Part shown: positions 54,845 through 64,000 of the stretch, piece after piece | Position numbering within the stretch: position 1 is the first letter of the stretch | How the letters are laid out: each line of letters begins with the position of its first letter | From: Octopus sinensis | Lineage: Eukaryota | Direction: 5' to 3' | DNA length: 64,000 nucleotides | Assembly: GCF_006345805.1 (NCBI RefSeq) | Contig: NC_043012.1 | Coordinates: 31,310,001-31,374,000 of the forward strand | The notes under the pieces: generated by a model | Database searches by the model: none | What the model saw: the letters and a program-made list of their open reading frames with translations, nothing else | What the model was told of the DNA's origin: nothing | Position numbers and translations under genes: made by a program

Positions 54845-55373
54845 TATATATAACTTAGATAACTTAGATATGTTTCGACCAAAGATTGGTCCAGGCCATG
54901 TCTAACTTAATAGCACCACCTGATAGGATTATTTGAATCCTGTTTAAGTCAAATTTTGTTTAGGTCAAGTTTTGTTCAAGTACTGAGTTCTTGTTGGGTG
55001 AGTTGTATCAAGTTTTGTTCAAGTAGTGAGTTCTTGTTGGGTGAGTTGTATCCAATTATGGGTGGCTTATCTGGTATTCTTTGAAGGAATCTATCCAGAC
55101 TCCGTTTAAAGTTGATGGGATCCTTTTCCTCTTTGATCTCCCTCGGGACAATGTTAAATAGGGCAAGGCCTGTTGAGGAAAAGAAATTATGTTGCAGTGT
55201 ACATGAATGTTGTGATCTTGAATTGGGCAGGGGACGTATGGCCCGTGGTCCCAGACTTGGATGAACCTTGAAGCTAATGTTAAGGTCGTTTGAGCAAAGT
55301 TGATGGTATATTCTCCACATCGTACAAATGATGTACCGCTCACGGCGACGCTGGAGGGAGTAAAGTTTCAAGG

Positions 55374-55378
<5 letters not shown>
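54845..55378 (-). mobile_element. CR1-group LINE 3' end (ORF2 C-terminus, stem-loop, short tandem tail)
   Basis: LKLYSLQRRRERYII...GLALFNIVPREIK...FKRSLDRFLQRIPDKP...GY; tail gacca-atctt-tggtc hairpin then (tatctaagt)2. Confidence 0.85.
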
Positions 55379-55404
<26 letters not shown>

Positions 55405-55410
<6 letters not shown>

Positions 55411-55570
55411 GGGAGAATTCACGAAAAAATCAAAAGACGAAGACAGGTGGTGTACAAAACAAACAGATGTATTATTATAACGCTCAGGAATAGAAAAAGT
55501 CTTTTATGTTTCGAGCCTACGCTCTTCTACAAAAAGGGAGACAGAAAGAAACAAGGAGAGAGAAAAAAAG

Positions 55571-55572
<2 letters not shown>
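55405..55572 (-). mobile_element. PLE-type repeat P3 with degenerate hammerhead-like motif
   Basis: Homologous to 27108-27250; flanked by (TA)n. Confidence 0.6.
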
Positions 55573-55668
<96 letters not shown>

Positions 55669-55995
55669 AAAAAGGTTTATATATATATATATGTATGTAT
55701 GATCCAAGGATCAAGGTATAGCAAGTTACTGAGCTTCGAGAAGTTCGTAGAAGGTGTAGAACACTTTCAGGAGCAATAGTGGTTTATTCCCGTAAAGGGG
55801 TGTAAATATTTCTCATAACGAAGTTCGATAAGCTAAAAAAAAGTACTTTGTCGCTCATGGATAGCAGCTGCGATTGGCGTGTATGCAAATACACATGGAA
55901 ATAGTATCATTAGACACGGTAGCTATCATAAACTATGTTCCGCCCAGGATCCCTCAACACGTTATCATTTATTATTATCATTTTGAAAAATACTT

Positions 55996-56227
55996 ATTTC
56001 TTTACTATCCACAAGGGGCTAAACACAGAGAGGAAAAACAAGGACAGACAAACGGATTAAGTCGATTACATCGACCACAGTGCGTAACTGGTACTTAATT
56101 TATTGACCCCGAAAGGATGAAAGGCAAAGTCGACCTCGGCGGAATTTGAACTCAGAACGTAGCGGCAGACGAAATAATGCTAAGCATTTCGCCCGGCGTG
56201 CTGACGTTTCTGCCAGCTCGCCGCCTT
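55996..56227 (-). mobile_element. SINE family B, full length with perfect 18-bp TSD
   Basis: tcattttgaaaaatactt at 55978-55995 and 56228-56245. Confidence 0.95.
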
Positions 56228-56978
56228 TCATTTTGAAAAATACTTCCCATCATTTGCTAAATTTTTTTCTAATATTCATATATGCCGGAACACACACAAA
56301 TAGACACACACACACTCACGCACGCACACACACAAACATACACATGTACACAAAGAAAGAAAACATCACAAAAACACACACAACTCTGTACACACAAACA
56401 CACACATACACACAAACACACACATACACACAAAAGAAAATATCGTAAAAAACACACTCACTCACGCACAAGCACACACACATAGTCACACACACACGAA
56501 CACACGCACATACGTACAGCTGGTGACCCTGCATAAGAAGACATTCTTCACAACATACACACCCATCAATTCACAGCTCGCCATTTTTCAAAAGATATTG
56601 AAAGGAGATTCAACACAACACACACACACACCACAACACACACACACAGACACACACACACAAGTGGACATAAAACCCATTCAATGCTTTTTAGCCACTC
56701 CTTTGGCAGGAACACACAAAGAGTTTTGTTAGACACTCGACACCCCTTCTCTCACTCTCCACCACTTTGAACTCTACACCAGTGAAATCTTCTATATATT
56801 TTTTTAATAATTCTTTATTAAATTTCCTCTTACATTGCAATGTAAAAAACTTACATCTATGCTATTTCCACCTCTATCTTTTATATATAAAAGTTTGATT
56901 TGTATAGATCTCTAACCTTTTTGCAACTGTATATTAATATATATAAATATATGAATATATGAATATATATAGATATAC

Positions 56979-57042
<64 letters not shown>

Positions 57043-57087
57043 TATTATATATATATATATATATATATGAATATATGAATATATAAG

Positions 57088-57126
<39 letters not shown>

Positions 57127-57220
57127 ACACACACTATATATATATATATGTATATATATATATGTAAGAAAATAAAAACGGAAAATACGCACACTTACAT
57201 GGTTATAGTATAATTTTTAA

Positions 57221-57750
57221 TGTATCGACCGGTTTCGCAATCGCTATTCATGATACAATGTTTGATTTATATGAAAAAATATTTTTTCTTAAGAAGAAAT
57301 TGGGTCCATGTTGTTTGTATTGGTTGTTATTATTGATATTGTTGTGTGTAAGGGAGATAACTCTTTAGGTTTTGGGTGGGGAATAAATATGTGTACAGAA
57401 AAGAGACAGGTTTAAAAGAGGGGCCTTGTTTAGCAGGGCATTTATGTACAGTGATGTAATATGTAAAAATAAAAAAAATTGGTTATGCGTGCTTATTAAG
57501 ACGCGTTTTGTATTTTTCAATGAAAAAAGCTTCTTTATTTAAGCGTTCTAGTTGAGAGATTGTGTCTTTGTACTGATAGAAAGGGAAGACTGTAGAATTT
57601 GGTTTGATGTTACCTGCACATTTTTCTATGTGTTCACTAAGAGGAATTTGTCTGTATTGTGGGAAACGGATTTGCTCCTTATGCAGAGTGATTCTCTTCC
57701 TCAAAGTTAAACTCGTTTGTCCAATGTACTGATGACTGCAACCCGAGAAC
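57221..57750 (-). mobile_element. Penelope-like element 3' end: GIY-YIG domain (57483-57750) and downstream hammerhead-like motif (57221-57257)
   Basis: SGCSHQYIGQTSLTLRKRITLHK...ERLNKEAFFIEKYKTRLN*; then UGUAUC-AUGAAUA-GC(GAUU)GC-GAAA-CCGGU-C-GAUACA. Confidence 0.85.
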
Positions 57751-57751
57751 C

Positions 57752-58232
57752 TGCTCGTTAGAGGTGGCCCCATTGGCTACTACCACCTGACTTCTATTCT
57801 TCAAAAAGTCATGTAGCCATTCTCCCAGTTTTCCGACTATGCCGAGATCGCGCAGTTTGTGGCATATCATTCCATGATCGACTTTATCAACGGCCTTTGC
57901 AAAGTAGAGATATATCACTTCCACATTTGAATGGTTGCGCAGCTATTTCAGCACCCAGTCACATAGTTGTTAGTGCTGAGTCAGGCAGCTTCTTCTTGGT
58001 TGGAAACCAAGTTGAGTGTCAGTCAGCAAGTCATTTACCTAAAGGGAGGTGATTAATTTTCTTCTGACTATTCGTTCCATGACTTTGATGATGTGCGAGG
58101 TCAGAGAGATAGGTCTATAGTTTTTGGCCTCTGCTCTGCTACCTCCTATATGAATAAGGTATATTTTACCCTCCTTCAGCTTGCTTGGAAGTTTGCCAAT
58201 TGAAAGGAAGCTCTGAAAGAGGGATTGCAGTG
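57752..58232 (-). pseudogene. CR1-group LINE reverse transcriptase fragment
   Basis: KNYRPISLTSHIIKVMERI, QLGFQPRRSCLTQ, VIYLYFAKAVDKVDHG...WLHDFLKNRSQVV. Confidence 0.9.
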
Positions 58233-58766
58233 CTAGGACTTGCTTACCACACACACACCACACACACACACACACCACACACACACACCACACACAACAC
58301 ACACACACCACACACACACACCACACACACACATATATATATATTTTATTTAAAAGCAGCAGAAAATTCAACAAAACCTGTTACTCTGAGTTTCACGTTC
58401 CCGTTCGTTGGACATATGCTTATTATATCATCTGTATCATAAACATACATACCACCCCACGCAGAGTCTTAAAATTTCTCAAAACACTGATTTATTTGTC
58501 CCATTTACATCTGATCGTTTTTCATAAATTCTATCTAGTTAATATGTCAACCGATTGAAGTATGTTTATGTGTATATGTCTGAGTGTTCGTGCGGGTGTG
58601 TGTGTGTGTGTGTGTGTGTGCATGTGTGTGCGTGTAGGTGTGTGTATATATATATATATGTATATATTTAAACATAATAAATAATATTAGGGTAATAAGA
58701 ATTATAGAAATTAATATTACCAGTGGCCTAACACAAAAAAATTAGTCAATAGACTATATATTATTC

Positions 58767-58914
58767 ATATAAGATATCGTGTAAATTAAAATACATTAAG
58801 AGGCTTCCTTTCGAGAATTTATCCCTAATTAGTGTTTTGAGTTTTCCACTGCTCTTTCTAGCACAAGGTTTTCCTATGAAGGAAGCCCTTAATGTGCTTT
58901 AATTTACACGGTAT

Positions 58915-58921
<7 letters not shown>
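58767..58921. repeat. Imperfect inverted repeat (about 44-bp arms) in a family E-related element
   Basis: atataagatatcgtgtaaattaaa..cattaag..gcttcctt versus aaggaagc.cttaatg..tttaatttacacggtatcttatat. Confidence 0.8.
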
Positions 58922-59000
<79 letters not shown>

Positions 59001-59579
59001 TATATATATAATCTATATATATATATACATGCACATTTCTTTACATTATATGTGTAAGAACATATGTATATACACTACACGCATATATATATATTTGTGT
59101 ATATCTATATGTGTGAAGAAGCAGTGAATAGGAAGCATCTTGTTTCAGAATATTATCGCAGATACCTAAAGTCATGTATTTCGTTTTGGTTATACGGCAT
59201 TTAATATACCAGTGCCATTAATTTTCTACACTTGCCAGTCTTATCTCATTCTAAATAACCAAACATCTTCACAGTACAAAGAAATATAATCTTGAGACTA
59301 AATTTTTATTACATCCTCCCTTAATAGCGCCATCTGTATTCCAGTGAAATAGCCAAAATACTAGCTACTGTTTATAGTCTGAAAGTTTACATTCATTTAT
59401 GATGAAATACCATTTTATTGCATTTTGACAACCGTAGGCATTAATAAATACGTATTTAAACGCTATTTATTTAGCAATTGTTACTTCGGTTGCACGTTTA
59501 ATATTTCACAAATTTAAACGTCTTATTTTTCATTTGCAATGACAGTCCAGCAGTTTGACACAACGTACAAAGTCTGACA

Positions 59580-60065
59580 TTGTATTCCCACCGCAAAACA
59601 TCCAGACAGTTAGGTGATACAAAGAAGGGACAGCAAAACATCCAGACAGACGATACAAAGAAAACAAGGATGGGTCATTCAGAGTTTTCTTTCCTCAGTC
59701 GAGTTCCAGATTATCGTTATAATTTCAGATATACTCGGGGTTGCTCCAATCTGGCCAGCGCCAAGGAAAAGTCTAATCTAAGCGCACTAGATTCCTTGGA
59801 AGAAAGCAGAGAATGTATACGAAAACAAGGACGGAAATATATATATATATATATATGTAATGTGACCGCTTGTGTACCGTTGGCGATTGTTTTCCTCCGT
59901 CTTCCCTTCTTTGGATCTTTCCTTTTCCTATGTTTCTGACGAAGAGCTCCGCTCGAAACGTTAAACCCTCCTCCTTTCCTTCTTTCCTGAGCATCCAATA
60001 ATACTATACTTGTTCCACGTCCTCGCGTTGTTGTGTTTTCTCTTTGTGTTTCCATGTTTGGATTA

Positions 60066-60068
<3 letters not shown>
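59580..60068 (+). mobile_element. PLE-type repeat region including a P2 copy (59859-60068)
   Basis: P2 is near-identical to 40210-40415; split and flanked by (TA)n. Confidence 0.65.
59932..59966 (+). ncRNA. Minimal type I hammerhead variant (same as 40283-40317)
   Basis: GUUU-CUGACGA-A-GAGC(UCC)GCUC-GAAA-CGU-U-AAAC. Confidence 0.7.
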
Positions 60069-60104
<36 letters not shown>

Positions 60105-60175
60105 TATATATATTAGAGAGAATGAGATAACAAAACCAAGGCTGTGAGGAGTTTTCAGGTCATTATTATGAAATA

Positions 60176-60223
60176 GTCTTACACCTGTTTCTTGGATATT
60201 ATGGATATCCCTTCATCAGAGAC
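60176..60223 (-). ncRNA. Hammerhead-like motif, variant
   Basis: GUCU-CUGAUGA-AG-GGAUA(UCCAUAA)UAUCC-AA-GAAA-CAGGUGU-A-AGAC. Confidence 0.5.
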
Positions 60224-61211
60224 GGTGCGAAAAAATATTTGAGTTAGAATTATTGTGGAAAAGGAGGAGATAGGGAATATACAGGGAAATAAGTGAATGG
60301 AAGTAGAAACAAGATATATAAATGGAAAATGGTGTATAGAAGTGGTAAAAAAGTTTCCTGTACATGGTATGTAGGTTCCAATAGTCGTTCATGTCTAGTC
60401 ATTTCAAAATATGGAGCCGTAGATTCAGTGTTGCTCGTATGAAAGGGCTTGGTGAATGAAAATTTGAAGATGTATTTGTAGTATTTGTGGATAGATGGGG
60501 GAAGGAGAGATGTGTATGATTAGAAAGAGGAGATAGGTCACATTTAAAACAGGAAGAGAAAATGAGAGGAAGAAAGAGAGAAAAAAGAAAAAAGGGGGAG
60601 AGAAAAAACAAAAAGGGAAGAGTGAAAAAAGTGAAAAAACTTAAGAAAGGGTGAAAGAAATGAAGGAAGGAGTGTTAGTTGGTGATCAAGATAATGTGAT
60701 GGGAGGATGGGAGAGGTATTGGGGAGGGATAAGAAGAAATAAGAAGGTAAGGAGTAAAAGAGTGTGAGATACGTGAGATATGGGAGAAAGGTAAGGAAAA
60801 GGTGTGGGTGGGGTGATACCGAAGGGAGTAGTAGTTTTAGTAGTAAAATTTGAAATGGAGGGAAGAATAGAAATGTGTCAGATCACTATATATAGACTAT
60901 GTGATAGGTTAGTGATAGGTAGGAATAAGAGAGAATGAAAGAAGGTGCAATAACACACGTACGCATGCACTTACATACATATATGCGCAAATATATATAC
61001 ATACATATACACACACTCACATATATATATATATAGCTATATATACATATTCATGCATATATACACATGCATGCTCATTCACATTCGTAAATGTATTTAT
61101 AAACGCATATGCGTGCGCATACATGTATATATACATGCACACACACATACGTGCGCGCATACAGGTATTTACGTATACACATATACACATATACACAGTT
61201 ATATATATTTG

Positions 61212-61243
<32 letters not shown>

Positions 61244-61832
61244 ATATATATATACATATACACACACTCACATACATATATATATATATACATATACACA
61301 CACTCACATATATATATATATATGTGTATACACACACATATATAAATATATATATATATACATATACCTACACACAAATACATACATAAAATACCTATCC
61401 ACACACGTGTCCACTTGTATGTCCATATATGTAGTATTAAATAATTGTGATCCTTAAAGTATGATAGGGGAGTTAATGAAAGATGAAAAATTAAAATGGA
61501 GATAAATAGGCTTGTTGGAGATTACATATGGGGTGTTGTGGATATATACTATGTGGCTATTTAGGTTGCATTTAGATTTGTGATAAAATTTGTAGGTGTG
61601 AATAAAGCGGTAGTCGCATGTGCTTAGGGCCTCGTTATATTTGTTTAGTAGTTTTGAGGGGTTTGATATGTGGAATATTTTGGAGTGTTTTAATATGGGG
61701 AATGCTTAATTAAAAATCTCTGAACGAGAGACATGCAGCAACAGTAAATTTGAGTAAAGTTTAGATCTCAACGTAAAGTGGGAGTCCTGATTAAGAGGAA
61801 TGTTACGACCATTTAGTCCCAGGAACAAGACG

Positions 61833-61869
<37 letters not shown>

Positions 61870-62001
61870 CAAATAAAATCAAAAACAGAACACAAAGGAT
61901 GTCGCGGTACACGTGTTTCAAGCTTTATAAAAGACCTGTTCTCACATCACTGTATAATAGATATAAAAGATGGTTTAAAGCTCTCTTCAACGTTACGTAC
62001 T

Positions 62002-62084
<83 letters not shown>

Positions 62085-62939
62085 TATGTATGTATATACA
62101 CATATAAGAATGGTTGTGTTTGTGTGAGTATGTGTGCACGTGTATGTGTGTGTGTGGGTGTATGTGTGTGCGTGTTGCAGTAAATTTGCTGATACCCATG
62201 ATCTCAATATTAAAAGAGTTAGGGCTTTTTTTCATATTCATCACATTGCTGCAGCATGACGAGGATGTTTCTACTTTCCTCTTTTTTGGGAGACATCTTA
62301 CAGTTCTAACAAATCTAATCAAATATAATTCGATATTTTGTTCGTTCACAAAATATCTATATGAGGTTGAATGACATAAATCGTGATGAAATTTTTGCTG
62401 TCCAACTATTCTACATATTTTATTCCAGCAAAGTTCGTGCACAGGTCATATCGAAAAAGCATGGATACCTGCTGTGAAAGTTCCAAGCTCACGTAATTGA
62501 CAGATGCTGTTATAAATGATATTTATGCAACTCTTATCCAGTATAACCAATCTAATTTTAAATGTCTTAGTTATTGTCCTTGAGGCTGAAATTATAGAAG
62601 ATCCACCATTTTCCACGCATGACCTCATTAAAACAATGTTTGACTCCTGCTACTGAGATATAATATGAAATTAGGAAAACTGAGGAACGAAAGGATAACA
62701 GCGGAGGGCATATAATAACATCGAATATGAACATATGTACAAATATAATCATCATTTAATAGAACATAGGTTAAAGCAGTGAGTAAACGCAAACGATTAG
62801 GCAATGTAAGACAAGGACATTTAATTTCATTTAATTCAATCTAAAAGTTGGATACATAACGAATCATAAAAATAGTACAAAATAGTAAAGATAGCCTCTG
62901 CCAGCTGTTTCTAGCCTATCCCAGGTATCCTCCATGCCT

Positions 62940-63172
62940 ATTTCTTTACTACCCACAAGGGGCTAAACACAGAGGGGACGAACAAGGACAGACAAACGAA
63001 TTAAGTCGATTATATCGACCCCTGTGCGTAACTGGTACTTATTTAATCGACCCCGAAAGGATAAAAGACAAAGTCGACCTCGGCGGAATTTGAACCCAGA
63101 ACGTAGCGGCAAGCGAAATACCGCAAAGCATTTCGCCCGGCATGCAAACGTTTCTGCCAGCTCGCCGCCTTA
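62940..63172 (-). mobile_element. SINE family B, full length
   Basis: tttctttactacccacaagg...gccagctcgccgcc. Confidence 0.9.
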
Positions 63173-64000
63173 TGATATCCTTCATACCGTGGCTGAAAGA
63201 TAAAAGGGGTTCACTCCACTGCTTGCAGTATATATATCAGGTGTAGATTGCATTGAATAACCAGCTGTAGGGGGCATTCTCTTGGGGTTAAAAATAGCAG
63301 TAATGTCGGTTCCTACAGCCAAGTTTAAGTGCTGATAAACGTCACTTCTCAGTATAGTTACTGATTTTATCACTTATTGAAATTTTCTCAACTAGTCAAT
63401 TTGAATAACTTTTCCTTCTCTTTAATTGCTAAAACCTTTGTTAAAGAACTTTTGAATTTTGTTGGTTCTGGAATTGCTTGGCATATTTGAACTATCATAA
63501 CTTTCTCTGATCGTTTCCCACTCGTTTTTCTAACAAAATACCGCAGCCGACGTTTTAGAAGATCTATGAGTTCATTTCCTTTAAGGACACTAGAATCTTT
63601 TGAATCTTTGGCCGCATCACGTTACAAATTTATCAACTAAAAACAACCGCACTATCTCTGCATGGGCATACGAACGCTATAAAAGACATCCAAATCGTAA
63701 ACGACACACTACCACCTTCAAACAAGTAAAGACACATAGGCTGATGTGGTCTTTATGCATTCTGCATTGAAGAAAGAATGGTTGGTCAAGGCTTTTGATC
63801 ATGGCTTGCAGGATAAAGGTGATAACGACACCATCTAAATTGTATCTCTTTAAATTTACTTATATATAATTTGAGAGGTGGACTAACTGACTTGTGAAAT
63901 GATGAAATAATGTAACATTCTAGGCTGTGATCAGGAATATCCTCATTATCAGACCTATACTTTGTTCAATTCCTATACTTACCATTACTACATAACATTT

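Noticed and set aside
54860-54905. gacca/tggtc hairpin plus GAAA as a hammerhead
   Set aside because: No CUGANGA; better explained as the CR1 3' stem-loop before the tandem tail
60230-60900. Strong purine-rich strand skew as a triplex or R-loop element
   Set aside because: It lies next to a PLE-type motif and is most simply a low-complexity TE UTR; no specific structure could be supported

Overview
AT-rich, microsatellite-dense eukaryotic non-coding DNA. The repeat families look like a coleoid cephalopod, most likely Octopus (inference from recognising them). No intact host gene, tRNA or rRNA gene, or CRISPR array is supportable; almost all ORF-track entries are microsatellite read-through. 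The window is a mosaic of tRNA-derived SINEs (families called A, B/B2 and C/C' here), LINE remnants (CR1-group RT and 3' end, Tx1/L1-like C-terminus plus 3' UTR), Penelope-like element (PLE) remnants (three GIY-YIG fragments, several terminal-repeat families), DNA transposon relics (hAT/hATm-like, two mariner, one Tc1-like, two Helitron-like ends), three fold-back palindromes and two recent tandem duplications. The standout is a 353-bp head-to-tail repeat at 10061-10665. Each copy carries a fully canonical type I hammerhead ribozyme on the minus strand, and the monomer between the two cleavage sites is predicted to fold into a closed, branched structure. This is the architecture of a non-LTR retrozyme that could produce a small circular RNA. 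About ten further minimal or variant hammerhead-like motifs sit in PLE-type repeats. One candidate Pol II core promoter (CCAAT, GTCACGTGAC, TATA, Inr) lies at about 18.4 kb. Many boundaries are approximate (about 10-20 bp).
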